Below are positions 1 to 10,266 of a stretch of 64,000 nucleotides of DNA, in pieces. Made by a program: the position numbers and the translations under genes. A model generated the notes under the pieces. The model worked only from the letters and a program-made list of their open reading frames with translations, searched no databases and was not told where the DNA came from. Position 1 is the first letter of the stretch. Each line of letters starts with the position of its first letter. The stretch is from assembly GCA_966212545.1 (NCBI GenBank), contig CBIHRW010000015.1, forward strand, positions 514 to 64,513, given 5' to 3'. The DNA is from an uncultured Noviherbaspirillum sp. GTDB lineage: Bacteria; Pseudomonadota; Gammaproteobacteria; Burkholderiales; Burkholderiaceae_D.

Positions 1-464
1 TGGATTTAATGCTCTCGGAGGAATTCAGTAACGACACGGAAATCCTGGAAAAGCAGGTCGTTGCTACGCCTCCCCACCTGCAGCAACAGTTTGGCGGCAT
101 CGGGAAGATCATGATGATCAGGCGCCTTGTCAAACTCGATGCTCAGCCGTGGAGCTATTCGACGCACTATGTACTTCCTGAACTGGGAAGAAAAATGACG
201 ACCGCTCAATTGAAACGCTTCCCGATGTTTCGAATCGTCCGGGAATGCCTGGAGATCGCACTGGATAACGTGGAGATGAATGTTGAGGCCGTCACCGCGC
301 CAATTGAAATCACCCGACTTTTGGGAGTTGACCCGCTGGCCCCTGTGCTTCTCTTCACCGGCGCGCTATACGCGGCGGACGGCTTGTTGGTTGATGTCCC
401 CGAAATTTACTACCGCGGTGACAGGTTTAAGTTTCGTTTAAATATGAATCTTGCCAGTGTCTGA
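1..464 (+). CDS. GntR/HutC-family transcriptional regulator, C-terminal UTRA effector-binding domain only (5' end outside window)
   Basis: The frame of ORF 9..464 stays open to the window edge. The tail ...EIYYRGDRFKFRL and the overall pattern are typical of UTRA domains. No wHTH is present because the N-terminus is cut off. Confidence 0.6.
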   Translation, partial: DLMLSEEFSNDTEILEKQVVATPPHLQQQFGGIGKIMMIRRLVKLDAQPWSYSTHYVLPELGRKMTTAQLKRFPMFRIVRECLEIALDNVEMNVEAVTAPIEITRLLGVDPLAPVLLFTGALYAADGLLVDVPEIYYRGDRFKFRLNMNLASV

Positions 465-759
465 GGACGTAACGTGTATTAGTCACGAAATACGCTTCGA
501 ATGCGCCGTCGCATACGGCGGCATGAGACCGGACCTCCTCATTGTCCGTGCCGTGACGCTTTCCCAAGACACCTGGCGCAAGCCGGTCGCTGACATCTGG
601 ACGATCAACGCGCGCCCGGAAATCGGGATGAATGCGCACAATCCCAAGGTATACCGGTCTCCTTCATTGCTGGAAGAAAACAGCGATCGCGTGTAAACCG
701 TGCCGGAGAGCCTTTGCTCTGCTCGGGCGCGTATTTCGCGATCAATCTCCCGTTTTCAA

Positions 760-3240
760 TCAACGCCCGGCAGCCCCGGCATACTCGGGACCGATTGCCG
801 CAGGCGCGGAATCGGTTACTGTGCCGGGCGAATGCACCGCCTCGACGGCCTGCTCCGTGATGCGCTCCATTTCATCCTCGCGCAGGTCCGGCACAGGTTC
901 CGGCGCCGGTGTGCGAGGCGGCGCGACAGGGCGGCGAGGCGCAGGCAGCGGCTCGTCCTTCTTCCAGCCGAAGAACCCGGTCACCTTCCCCATCAGCGAT
1001 GCGAGGAACGATTCGGGCGGCTTCGGGAAGCGTGCATTGGCTTCGACGAGCCGCGCCTGCAGTGAGCGCCGCGTGAAGTCGCCCACCATAGGCAGCGCGG
1101 TATGCGCACCCTGCCCCCAATGGTTGCTGCGCATGGTGATGCGCGCGTCGTTGAAGCCGACCCAGGCACCGGCGACCAGGCGCGGATGCATGAGGATGAA
1201 CCAGCCGTCGGTATTGTTCTGCGTCGTGCCGGTCTTGCCGGCGACATCGACGCGGCTGCCGACCTGCCACTTGATCGCCCGGCCGGTGCCCTGGTCGATC
1301 ACCGCGCGCAGCATGCCGGTGAGCGCGTATGCGGTGTCTTCGTCGAGTACGCGCCTGCCGTCGCTGCTGAAGCGGTCCAGCACCTTGCCGTCCTTGTCGA
1401 GGATGCGGCTGACCATGATGGGCTTGCGTGCTTCACCGCCGCTGGCAATGGTGCCATATGCGGACACCATTTCCAGCAGCGTGACCGGGCTGGTGCCGAG
1501 GGCGAGCGCGGGAACCTGCTCGAGCGGGCTTTGGTTTACGCCGAGACGGCGCGCGAAGTCGGCCACGCGCCGCGGGCCGACTTCCTGCATCACTTGCGCG
1601 GTAATCGTGTTCTTGGAAAGTGCCAGGCCTTCGCGCAGCGTCATGTCGCGACCGCTGGGGCCAGACATGTCGGTCGGCTTCCAGACTGTCCCGTCGGGCA
1701 TCTTGATCTCGACTTCGGAATCGGTGAAGCGCTTGTCGGGCGACATGCCTTTTTCCAGCGCTGCACCGTAGACAAAGGGCTTGAACGTGGAGCCCGGCTG
1801 GCGGCGCGCCGTCGCCACATGGTCGAACTGGTCGAGGGTGAAGTCGCGGCTGCCCACCCATGCCTTCACATGGCCGGTCGCAGGATCGATGGCCAGGAAG
1901 CCGGTTTCCAACCGTGTCTTGTCCGCCAGCAGCGGAACGACGAATGCCGCGTTTTCCTTGAGCTGTTTCAGCGCCGCTTCCGGGGCTGTGCCGCCCTCGA
2001 CTGCCTTGCGATACGCGGCCGACTCGCGCACGAAGGCATCGAGCAGGTCGCTGCGCGTTCTCCAGAGATAGCCGGACGGACGCATGGCGGGGTGGATTGT
2101 TGAATTCGCCGACATCCGGCGCATTGCCCCTGTTCCCCATTCGCCGTCGGCGACGCCTTGCAGCACCCGCATCTGGCGCGCGACGGCCTGTTCGGCGTAG
2201 GACTGCATGCGCGAATCGATGGTGGATACCACGACCAGGCCATCGGAATACAGGTTGTAGTCGTTGCGGTCGGCCCAGTCGATCAGCCATTTGCGGACCT
2301 GCACCGCGAGATGGGGCGCGATGCCAACCGGTTCCGGCTGACGCTCGAAGTCGAGGCGCAGCGGGCGCGTCTTCAGGCGCTCGAACTCGGCCTTGCCCAG
2401 CACACCGCGCTTGGCCATCTGCGACAGCACGACGTTGCGGCGATCGAGCGCACGTTCGGGACGCAGGACCGGGTTGTAGTAGCTGGTGCCCTTGAGCATG
2501 CCGACCAGGGTCGCGCTTTCGAGCACGTTGAGGTCGGCGGCGGACTTGTCGAAGTAGGTGCGCGCGCCCATCTCGATGCCGAAGGCGTTGTACAGGAAGG
2601 GCATCGTGTTGAGATAGGTGAGCAGGATCTCCTTCTTCGAGTAGGCATACTCGATCTTGAGCGCGGTGATCAGCTCCTTGATCTTGCGGGTAATGGTGCG
2701 CTGGCGTCCGATCTCTTCCGGATAAAGATTGCGCGCCAGCTGCTGGGTAAGCGTGGAGCCGCCCTCCGGGTCGCCCTGCAGGGTACGCAGGATGCCGGCC
2801 GCGGTGCGCTTGAGGTCGACGCCGAAGTGCTGGTAGAAGCGGTGGTCCTCGGTCGCAATCAGCGCATTGACCACATGCGGCGAGATCCGGTCCAGCTCGA
2901 CCCACTCGCGGTTCATGCGCTTGAAGACGGCCAGTTCCTTGCCGTCGGCGGAGACAAGGACGCTAGGCGTTTCCGCCTTGGCCTTGCGGATGTCCGCAAT
3001 GCCCGGCGTGAAGGGAATCAGAACGATTGCATAGACGACAAGCAGCACGACGCCAATGACACCGCTGGCGACAGCGGCCTTGAACAGCGCGGCAAGCCTT
3101 GCGCGCCGGCCCAGTGCGGGATTGATGACGGATTTGAAATAGCCGGCCACGCGGACGGCAAGCTGCATGGCCAAGCGTGCGGCATTTTGCGCGGCGCCTC
3201 GCACAAGGGGGGGACGCGGCTTGAGGTCTTCTTCCAACAT
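760..3240 (-). CDS. mrcA: Penicillin-binding protein 1A (bifunctional glycosyltransferase GT51 / transpeptidase) with Pro-rich C-terminal tail
   Basis: 826 aa with an N-terminal TM helix. GT51 motif EDHRFYQHFGVD, transpeptidase SxxK (STFKPFVY) and KTGTT box are present. Confidence 0.9.
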   Translation of the reverse strand: MLEEDLKPRPPLVRGAAQNAARLAMQLAVRVAGYFKSVINPALGRRARLAALFKAAVASGVIGVVLLVVYAIVLIPFTPGIADIRKAKAETPSVLVSADGKELAVFKRMNREWVELDRISPHVVNALIATEDHRFYQHFGVDLKRTAAGILRTLQGDPEGGSTLTQQLARNLYPEEIGRQRTITRKIKELITALKIEYAYSKKEILLTYLNTMPFLYNAFGIEMGARTYFDKSAADLNVLESATLVGMLKGTSYYNPVLRPERALDRRNVVLSQMAKRGVLGKAEFERLKTRPLRLDFERQPEPVGIAPHLAVQVRKWLIDWADRNDYNLYSDGLVVVSTIDSRMQSYAEQAVARQMRVLQGVADGEWGTGAMRRMSANSTIHPAMRPSGYLWRTRSDLLDAFVRESAAYRKAVEGGTAPEAALKQLKENAAFVVPLLADKTRLETGFLAIDPATGHVKAWVGSRDFTLDQFDHVATARRQPGSTFKPFVYGAALEKGMSPDKRFTDSEVEIKMPDGTVWKPTDMSGPSGRDMTLREGLALSKNTITAQVMQEVGPRRVADFARRLGVNQSPLEQVPALALGTSPVTLLEMVSAYGTIASGGEARKPIMVSRILDKDGKVLDRFSSDGRRVLDEDTAYALTGMLRAVIDQGTGRAIKWQVGSRVDVAGKTGTTQNNTDGWFILMHPRLVAGAWVGFNDARITMRSNHWGQGAHTALPMVGDFTRRSLQARLVEANARFPKPPESFLASLMGKVTGFFGWKKDEPLPAPRRPVAPPRTPAPEPVPDLREDEMERITEQAVEAVHSPGTVTDSAPAAIGPEYAGAAGR

Positions 3241-3415
3241 GGATTCCTGCGTGGCGGCCGTCCCTTTGCGGGAAGGCCATATGGTAGACCTGCTATTTTA
3301 CCGTCTGGAAATGTCAGCAGTGCCGCAACCGACGTGCGTCAAGGAACGAAGCTGGATGCGCAATGCCAAACAGGCATGCCCGGTATCCCCCGGGATGCTC
3401 CTATCGAGGCCACCA

Positions 3416-3661
3416 ATGTCAGGAATTTTTCCGAAAGCGCCGGCGATTGCCTCAACGGAACCAGACACCACGCCAGTTCGCGAGTGGGTGATGCCGGTGC
3501 CGAAGCGGAACTTTGCTCGGGTCTGCACGGCGCTGCCTCCCGGCATGCCGGATTGCCTCGAAGTGAGCATCGTGCGTTCGGGTGAAGGCGTCGAGCGGAC
3601 GACCGCCGTGATCTACGGCAGGCGGGCTTACCTCATCCACTATGAGTTCAAGCCGAATTGA
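3416..3661 (+). CDS. Possible small hypothetical protein (81 aa)
   Basis: Distal part of ORF 3167..3661 inside an otherwise empty ~600-bp gap. ATG at 3416 is preceded by GAGG. Third codon positions are mostly G/C, as in neighbouring genes. No recognisable family. Confidence 0.25.
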   Translation: MSGIFPKAPAIASTEPDTTPVREWVMPVPKRNFARVCTALPPGMPDCLEVSIVRSGEGVERTTAVIYGRRAYLIHYEFKPN

Positions 3662-3859
3662 AGGTGAGTCACCCGCTTCGTGCCGGGTTGCTGTTAAAGG
3701 CGGTGAGACGTGGATGCGCCGTTGCACATCGTTATCGATGCAACAGGTCGGTACCCGGGATTGAACGCCTCACCGGCATAAGCCTGGACAACAATCAGGA
3801 AGAATGTCCTTGGCATATCGCGCGGACTGTAGCCGCTTCCGTGGAGTCAGCGCACGCAA

Positions 3860-4450
3860 CTATCGTGCATAGAACGGCGGCGTGCCGTAAGTAGCGAGCG
3901 GTACGGCTTGCCCCACAGGAGTGACCCAGAGGCTCGCATACGACTTCGGTGCGCAGGTGCCGTCATACAGGCGCTCCGACTGAATGGCGACCTGGGTGTA
4001 AGTCGGATTCTGGGCGCTGACATTTGCTGTCCACACATCACCTTGCTTTGTCGGCGCGACAAGGTATTGCGATCCGTATGCCGGCGGCGAGTAGTCCGGC
4101 CCTGTCGTCGGTGCGGGAGCGCCTTGCGCTGCCGGTGCCTTGGGCGAGGTGCCGATGTAGGCGGTGCCGGTGCAATCGGCCGTTGCGTAGTACACAGGCA
4201 CATGCTTCCACGTCAGTCCACTGGAAACAGGCCTGCCCTGGGAGTAATCCCAATGCCCTTCCGTATAAATTCTTACAGGCTGGTTGTTGTACGAAATGAC
4301 TACCGAGTCGCCCTTGTACTGGCCGACAGCCTTTCCTGTCGAGTCGTAAAGGTCGGGCGTAGCCTGCCCCCATGCGAGGGAAGCAGTAGCCGTCATGGCT
4401 GTGAATGCCGTCGCTTGAATCAATTTACCCATCATCAATCTCCACTTCAT
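3860..4450 (-). CDS. Secreted hypothetical protein (Sec signal peptide)
   Basis: Internal start MKWRLMMGKLIQATAFTAMTATASLAWGQ looks like a signal peptide with an A-x-A-type cleavage site. No family recognised. Confidence 0.5.
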   Translation of the reverse strand: MKWRLMMGKLIQATAFTAMTATASLAWGQATPDLYDSTGKAVGQYKGDSVVISYNNQPVRIYTEGHWDYSQGRPVSSGLTWKHVPVYYATADCTGTAYIGTSPKAPAAQGAPAPTTGPDYSPPAYGSQYLVAPTKQGDVWTANVSAQNPTYTQVAIQSERLYDGTCAPKSYASLWVTPVGQAVPLATYGTPPFYAR

Positions 4451-4831
4451 GAAACAAGAAAATAGCGCGCAAACCGCAAGCGCGAGGTTCAGACTAGTAG
4501 TTATCGTTCCGGATAGAAGATCAGGCGCATAAGTCGGCTTGAGGTAAGTCAAGCGGGCCGGTGCAGAAACGATGCAAGGCACCATACCGTGCAGGCGGCG
4601 CATGCATACAGGCACGGTTCACGAAGGTCCCTCCGAGCTGCAGTCCATCGGTTTCGGCCCCATAGCCGATATCAATCACTGCCCTTCGTTCCGCACGCCA
4701 TTGTTCACGCTATCGCAGGTTGCCGTTGCCCTGCGCGCCCCTGCTTCGCTACACTTCATCATTTCGACACGGAAGCAAGACAGCCGCCAGGCACAAGCCT
4801 GCCGCCATTTCCCCCTTTCACCGACAAGACC

Positions 4832-6019
4832 ATGAAGAAGACGAAACAACCCGCCGCGCCAACCGAGGACAGGGATGAAGTGCTGGCCGACCGCCTGGTC
4901 GAACTTGCGCTTGACCTGCGCGAGTCCGGTCTCTACGCCGTGCTGCCGGATGCGCTGCAGAAAGCGCAGGCCGAGATGCGCAAGACGATCCGCAAGTGCC
5001 TGCAGCAGCAGCGCGAGCAGGCGCTCGATGAAGCGCTCGAGCGCAGCTTCGACGAAGACGTTGAAGCCTGGAACGTGCTGCGCGAACATGTGGAAGACAT
5101 GTCCGGCACGATCCTGCTTCACCGCGACGGCACGGAACTGGAGATCAATGCCTTCGTCGTACCGTTCTTCGTGCACACATCGGGCGGCCTGCGCAGTGAA
5201 CAATGTTTCCAGGACGAGCAAGCCTTCGAGCAACTGCGCGACAGCTTCCAGGAAGACGGGTTGGAAAGCCGCAAGGCAAACGTGGTGCTGGTCAGCCATG
5301 CCTACCATCTCGACGAAATCGAACGCATCGGCTATTGCCATCTCAATGAAATGGTGAGCGAGGCCTGCGACGCGATGACCCGCAAGAAGGCCACCTCGGC
5401 CGACGCCATCGGCCGCAGCATGCGTGGCTGGCCGCCGTCGAACTTCGCTCCGGATGACAGCGCGATGGAACTGCGTTTCCTGCTCGGCTTCGCGCTGAAG
5501 TCGATGGACGATCCCTTCTACCAGGTACCGCAAAAGGAGGCCGCGGCCGATCGCTACTTCGAGGCGCGCGCCGAACGCTTCCGCACGTGGTCTCAACAGA
5601 TCGTGCCGGTGCTGCAGCGCTGCCTGGTGACGGACGGGCGCGACGCGCAGTTCGACTTCCTGTACCAGGACCTGTTTCATGGCGGGAAGGAAGCGGCGGT
5701 GCGGGAGCTGGACATGCTCCGTCTGCTCTCCGACGTACGGCAGGCGATGGAGGAGAACGCCGCCGCGCCGGCGGGCATCCGCGCAGTCGTCGGGCCGACG
5801 GAAGCGGATGACGACGCGGTCGTGCGTGTGGCACTGTATGCGGGGGCCGATGAAGTTGCGACGGTCGACAAGACGCTCGGCCGGACCGAAAAGCTTGAAG
5901 GCGCGGTTGCGGATATCGCGGACGCGCTGGCGAGTATCGCGGTGGGCGAAATACAGATCGCAAGGAAGTTCGACACGGACGGAGCGCCGGTCAGCGTGCG
6001 CCCGTATTCGCCGCGCTAA
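4832..6019 (+). CDS. Conserved hypothetical protein (possibly DUF2863-like; family assignment from memory only)
   Basis: Start MKKTKQPAAP at 4832. The upstream part of ORF 4589.. is Arg/His-rich junk. Acidic, helical, 395 aa, with coding-like codon usage. Confidence 0.55.
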   Translation: MKKTKQPAAPTEDRDEVLADRLVELALDLRESGLYAVLPDALQKAQAEMRKTIRKCLQQQREQALDEALERSFDEDVEAWNVLREHVEDMSGTILLHRDGTELEINAFVVPFFVHTSGGLRSEQCFQDEQAFEQLRDSFQEDGLESRKANVVLVSHAYHLDEIERIGYCHLNEMVSEACDAMTRKKATSADAIGRSMRGWPPSNFAPDDSAMELRFLLGFALKSMDDPFYQVPQKEAAADRYFEARAERFRTWSQQIVPVLQRCLVTDGRDAQFDFLYQDLFHGGKEAAVRELDMLRLLSDVRQAMEENAAAPAGIRAVVGPTEADDDAVVRVALYAGADEVATVDKTLGRTEKLEGAVADIADALASIAVGEIQIARKFDTDGAPVSVRPYSPR

Positions 6020-6038
6020 ATCAGGTCACATCCCTCCT

Positions 6039-6063
6039 TCGCCGGCGCGTGTGGCGCCGGCGA
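6039..6063 (+). terminator. GC-rich hairpin 20 nt after the stop of the 4832..6019 gene (no U-tract)
   Basis: tcgccggcgc / gcgccggcga form a 10-bp perfect stem with a 5-nt loop. Confidence 0.35.
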
Positions 6064-6241
6064 TAGCAATCCGAACTCAGCCTCGCGCATGACGCTGCAA
6101 GGCGTCCGCCAGTGCATCGAAGGTCGCCTTGCAGCGCGGACTGTGCCGACGGCTTTGTCTTTACGCGCATGAACAATGCCCGGCTATACTCTTACGCACA
6201 CCGTGTACGTTCACGGATCGAGCGATCCTTTACCATCGGGC

Positions 6242-6718
6242 ATGAACAAGAAACTTTTCCTCGTTGGCGCAGCGGCTGCCGCCGCAATCGGCGGCGCTGC
6301 ACTCATGAATTTCGGCGGCGACAAGCAGGCACGCGCCTTCATCGACCCTGCCGACCAGACACTGGTGGCACGGGGCAAGACTGTCTACGCCAGTCAATGC
6401 GCCGCCTGCCATGGCGCGAAACTGGAAGGACAACCGGAATGGCGGACGCGCCGCCCCGACGGACGCCTGCCGGCCCCACCGCATGACGAGACCGGTCACA
6501 CCTGGCATCATCCCGACGCCGTGCTCTTCGACATCGTCAAGAACGGCCTGGTGGCCGGCAAGACGGCGCCGGACGGGTACCAAAGCGACATGCCCGCCTA
6601 CGCGCAAGTGCTTTCCGACGAAGACATCACGGCAGTGCTGGCGTACATCAAGAGCACATGGCCGGCAGAGATTCGCGACATGCAGAAGAACGTGAGCTTG
6701 CAACGCGATCACAAGTAA
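6242..6718 (+). CDS. c-type cytochrome (mono-haem, class I-like), exported
   Basis: Start MNKKLFLVGAAAAAAIGGAAL (signal or anchor). Single CAACH haem-binding motif with a downstream Met region (SDMPAY). Confidence 0.8.
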   Translation: MNKKLFLVGAAAAAAIGGAALMNFGGDKQARAFIDPADQTLVARGKTVYASQCAACHGAKLEGQPEWRTRRPDGRLPAPPHDETGHTWHHPDAVLFDIVKNGLVAGKTAPDGYQSDMPAYAQVLSDEDITAVLAYIKSTWPAEIRDMQKNVSLQRDHK

Positions 6719-6769
6719 GGCACGGCATCGAATACGCGCCACAGGATTCCAAGGAACATTTACCCGCTC

Positions 6770-7318
6770 ATGCAAGCGAAAACACAGTACTACGCCGCAT
6801 CCAGCCTCGACGGCTTCATCGCCACACGCGACCACTCGCTGGCGTGGCTGCTCCAGTTCGGCAGCACCGACAACACGAGCTACCCGGCATTCATCCGGGA
6901 TGTCGGCGCCCTCGCGATGGGCTCCGCGACGTACGAATGGCTGCTGCGCCACCTGGGCGATACGCAAGCATGGCCGTACACCCAGCCGGCATGGGTCTTC
7001 ACATCGCGGCAGCTTTCCGTCATGCCCGGCGCGGATGTACGCTTTGTCAGCGGCGACGTGCGGCCGGTCCATGCGGACATGCTCGCCGCCGCAGGCGGAA
7101 GGAACGTATGGATCGTCGGCGGCGGCGAACTTGCGGGGAAGCTTTTCGATGCCGGCCTGCTCGACGAACTGATCATCCAGGTCGCGTCGGTCACGCTGGG
7201 AGATGGACAGCCCCTGCTGCCAAGGCGGATCGATCAGCCGCCGCTGCGCCTGTTATCGGCGACGACCTTTGGCGATTCCTTTGCCGAATTGCGTTACGCG
7301 GTGCCGAAGCGAGCGTAA
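6770..7318 (+). CDS. Dihydrofolate reductase family protein (RibD C-terminal domain-like)
   Basis: YYAASSLDGFIATRDHSLAWL... and ...NVWIVGGGELAGKLFDAGLLDELIIQVASVTLGDG match the RibD_C/DHFR-like fold family. Confidence 0.75.
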   Translation: MQAKTQYYAASSLDGFIATRDHSLAWLLQFGSTDNTSYPAFIRDVGALAMGSATYEWLLRHLGDTQAWPYTQPAWVFTSRQLSVMPGADVRFVSGDVRPVHADMLAAAGGRNVWIVGGGELAGKLFDAGLLDELIIQVASVTLGDGQPLLPRRIDQPPLRLLSATTFGDSFAELRYAVPKRA

Positions 7319-7326
7319 CGAGTGGT

Positions 7327-7887
7327 TCACGGCACCTTCAGTCTGCCGACCACGCGCAAACGCTCCCCGGGACCTGCCGGCGGCGTGACGACGAAAATTT
7401 CACCCGACGCCACCGCCTCCCCTGTCAACGCGGTGATGTTGACCTGGTGCGTGACCAGCATCAGGTTCTTCGGCGGCTTGACGTTACCGATAAGTGCCTG
7501 TACGTCCGTGGTCTGCTGCGGCCTTCTTTCCGGCGCGTCGAAAAAGGAATTGAGCGGCGGCCACACGGTTGCCGCGCCGAAAGCCAACCGGGCGGTGTCG
7601 AGGCAACGGCACCACGCGCTGCTGCGCACTTCATCCAGCGCAATCCCGCGCGCGCGGAATGCCTCTCCCGTGCGCCTGGCCTGCGCCCTTCCCGCTTCAG
7701 ACAGGTTGCGCTGGGTCTTGCAATCGTCGAGCGAATACCCTGGCGGGTCGCCGGTCCCCTCTACCGTCTGCGCATGCCGCATCAGCAGCACGTAACCGCC
7801 CGTGCGAAGCATTTCCCAGACCGCATCCTGAGCGGACGCGCCCGTGCACAGCAAGGAAAGAACCAATCCGATGCCGACGTGTCGCAT
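7327..7887 (-). CDS. Histidine phosphatase family protein (SixA/PGAM-like), exported
   Basis: Signal peptide MRHVGIGLVLSLLCTGASAQ. Catalytic RHA motif (LLMRHAQT). GGAGAG RBS upstream. Confidence 0.7.
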   Translation of the reverse strand: MRHVGIGLVLSLLCTGASAQDAVWEMLRTGGYVLLMRHAQTVEGTGDPPGYSLDDCKTQRNLSEAGRAQARRTGEAFRARGIALDEVRSSAWCRCLDTARLAFGAATVWPPLNSFFDAPERRPQQTTDVQALIGNVKPPKNLMLVTHQVNITALTGEAVASGEIFVVTPPAGPGERLRVVGRLKVP

Positions 7888-7992
7888 GATCTCTCCTGTT
7901 GGAAACCGGCGTCCTGGCGCGCTTTGTGCCTCGCCTCTGCACGCATGAAGCTATAATCGGGCCAATTCTTTCCCACAAGGTTGCTCTCTTCC

Positions 7993-8835
7993 ATGCGCTT
8001 TTCCGTACTGCATCAATATCTGTTGCCGAAACAGGCCCTGACGGCGCTTGCCGGACGAATCGCTTCCTCGGGCAACGCGCTTACACCCCATGTGATCCGC
8101 TGGTTCGCAAAGAAGTATGGCGTGAATATGGAAGAAGCGCTGAACCCGGACCTGGCGAGCTATCCGAGCTTCAATGAATTCTTTACGCGCGCGCTGCGCC
8201 ATGACGCGCGTCCGATCGCCGATGCCGATTTCATCTGCCCGGTGGACGGCGCGATCAGCCAGTTCGGTTCCATCGAGCACGACCAGATTTTCCAGGCCAA
8301 GGGCCACCGTTATACGACGACCGCGCTGGTCGGCGGCGACGGTACGCTGGCGGCGCAGTTCGACCACGGCAGCTTCGCGACGCTCTACCTCAGCCCGCGC
8401 GACTACCACCGCATCCACATGCCCTGCGACGGCAAGCTCAAGCGCATGATCTATGTGCCCGGCTCGCTGTTTTCGGTGAACCCGGCAACGGCGCGCGGCG
8501 TGCCGGGCTTGTTTGCACGCAACGAGCGCGTGGTGTGCGTGTTCGACGGCCCGCACGGTCCGTTCATACTGGTGCTGGTCGGCGCGACCATTGTCGGCAG
8601 CATGGCGACGGTGTGGCACGGCGTGGTGAATCCGCCGCGCGGCGGACTGGTGCGCGAGTGGGAATACCTTGACAAGGACATCGTGCTGAAGAAAGGTGAG
8701 GAGATGGGCCGCTTCCTGCTTGGCTCCACCGTGGTGATGCTCTTTCCGCGCGGCGTGATCGAATTCAATCCGGAATGGCTGGCGGAGCGTTCGATCCGCA
8801 TGGGCGAGGCGATGGGGCACAAGCCCTCAGCGTAA
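7993..8835 (+). CDS. psd: Phosphatidylserine decarboxylase proenzyme
   Basis: Full-length Psd pattern with the LGST self-cleavage motif (FLLGSTVVMLF). ATG at 7993 (MRFSVLHQYLLPK). Confidence 0.9.
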   Translation: MRFSVLHQYLLPKQALTALAGRIASSGNALTPHVIRWFAKKYGVNMEEALNPDLASYPSFNEFFTRALRHDARPIADADFICPVDGAISQFGSIEHDQIFQAKGHRYTTTALVGGDGTLAAQFDHGSFATLYLSPRDYHRIHMPCDGKLKRMIYVPGSLFSVNPATARGVPGLFARNERVVCVFDGPHGPFILVLVGATIVGSMATVWHGVVNPPRGGLVREWEYLDKDIVLKKGEEMGRFLLGSTVVMLFPRGVIEFNPEWLAERSIRMGEAMGHKPSA

Positions 8836-8882
8836 ATCGAATTTGTTGCCGCAGTACCGCAGTACCGCAATATGGAGGCCAG

Positions 8883-9299
8883 ATGACGCGTCAATCCATC
8901 CTCGAGTTTTCCACCGCCGGGCGCGGCACGCGCAATATCACCGAGTCCATCGCGCGCGTGGTTGCCGATTCCGGCGTGCGGACCGGCATTGCGCATGTGT
9001 TCGTGCAGCACACCAGTTGCTCCCTGACGGTCACGGAAAATGCCGATCCGGACGTGCGGCGCGATCTCGACACCATCCTCGGCCGTCTCGCGCCGGACGG
9101 CGATCCGGCTTACCGGCACGACCTGGAAGGGCCGGATGACATGGCGGCACATGCACGCTCGGTGCTGACAGACTCGGCGTTGACCATTCCCGTCGGCGAC
9201 GGCCGCCTGCTGCTCGGCACCTGGCAGGGCGTCTTCCTCTGGGAACACCGCACGTCGCCGCAGAAGCGGCGCGTGGTGGTGACCCTGCTCGGCGACTGA
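8883..9299 (+). CDS. yjbQ: YjbQ/UPF0047 family protein (secondary thiamine-phosphate synthase-like)
   Basis: Start MTRQSILEFSTAGRGTRNIT. Family-typical ...HTSCSLTVTENADPDVRRDL... and ...GTWQGVFLWEHR. Confidence 0.8.
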   Translation: MTRQSILEFSTAGRGTRNITESIARVVADSGVRTGIAHVFVQHTSCSLTVTENADPDVRRDLDTILGRLAPDGDPAYRHDLEGPDDMAAHARSVLTDSALTIPVGDGRLLLGTWQGVFLWEHRTSPQKRRVVVTLLGD

Positions 9300-9304
9300 A
9301 CCGG

Positions 9305-10255
9305 CTAGGCAGTCACGGTTTCCCTGACCAGGTGCAGCGGCGTTGACGCAGCCGGCTGCCCGCCGGCATTTGCCTCTTCGAACAGAAATTCCGTCGCCAT
9401 GCGGATGATCTCCGGTGATCCGGTCATCTTGTAATGCCCGATTCCCTCAACCTTTTCGAAACGCGCCCCGCGGATGAGCTGCCCGTAGCGCTGGCCATGC
9501 GAAAACGGCACGATGTCGTCCGACGGGTTATGGAACAGCAGCACCGGCGTCTTGATCCTGGGGGCAACCGTCTCGACATCGACGTCGGCGAACGTCACGC
9601 CGTGCGTTCTTTCAATCCGGCGCTGTATCCCGTCGACCACCTTGCGCGACATCCCGAGCATCGCGCCGAACTGGTCGAGGAACACGCGCGGATGTTTAGG
9701 CGGCGCAAGCAATACTGCGCGCATATCGCTCCGACCCGATTCCGCCAGCACAAACGCAGTCGCCGCGGCACCCAGGGAATGCGCGACGATGCCCTTGACC
9801 GTGGGGAATGACGCAAACAGTTCGCGCGTCGTATGGATAAATACCGGCAATGACGAGAACTTGCCGTTGCTGCGGCCGTGCGCCACGTGGTCGACAGCCA
9901 CCACGGCCATACCCTGCTCCAGCAGCGCCGGGACGAATCCCGCAAGCTGCAGGCCCCAGCCATTCCATCCATGCAGGAGCAGCACCACCGGCTGAGACGC
10001 CGGGTCACCCCATACGTACGCCGACACGTCGCCGCCGGACAGCGGCAGCGTGCGGGTCAGCGGCGGCGGCAGTGTCGCTTCGGGCGCCAGGCGGGCTTTG
10101 CCGGGGCGCATGGGGGTGCCGAACATGCGGAAGCCCTTTTCCACCGCAAGCCGCGGCGCGACGACTGAACCAAGCGCGAAGGCAGTGCGATAGGAAATAA
10201 ATAAAAACGACCGAACGGTCTTTTTTACGGCAAGCTTGAATGACGCGTTTTTCAT
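9305..10255 (-). CDS. Alpha/beta hydrolase
   Basis: Oxyanion region LLLHGWNGW, nucleophile elbow AHSLGA, C-terminal His region (GIGHY). Confidence 0.75.
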   Translation of the reverse strand: MKNASFKLAVKKTVRSFLFISYRTAFALGSVVAPRLAVEKGFRMFGTPMRPGKARLAPEATLPPPLTRTLPLSGGDVSAYVWGDPASQPVVLLLHGWNGWGLQLAGFVPALLEQGMAVVAVDHVAHGRSNGKFSSLPVFIHTTRELFASFPTVKGIVAHSLGAAATAFVLAESGRSDMRAVLLAPPKHPRVFLDQFGAMLGMSRKVVDGIQRRIERTHGVTFADVDVETVAPRIKTPVLLFHNPSDDIVPFSHGQRYGQLIRGARFEKVEGIGHYKMTGSPEIIRMATEFLFEEANAGGQPAASTPLHLVRETVTA

Positions 10256-10266
10256 GGCGTTCTCCG

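Noticed and set aside
4589-4831. N-terminal extension of the 4832..6019 gene in the ORF track (similar extensions occur on many other ORFs)
   Set aside because: The extension is compositionally non-coding (Arg/His/Pro-rich) and lies in a divergent promoter region. An internal ATG with a plausible N-terminus was preferred. The same trimming was applied to yjbQ, lspA, dut, ssuB, ssuD, ssuA, DoxX, lutB and others.
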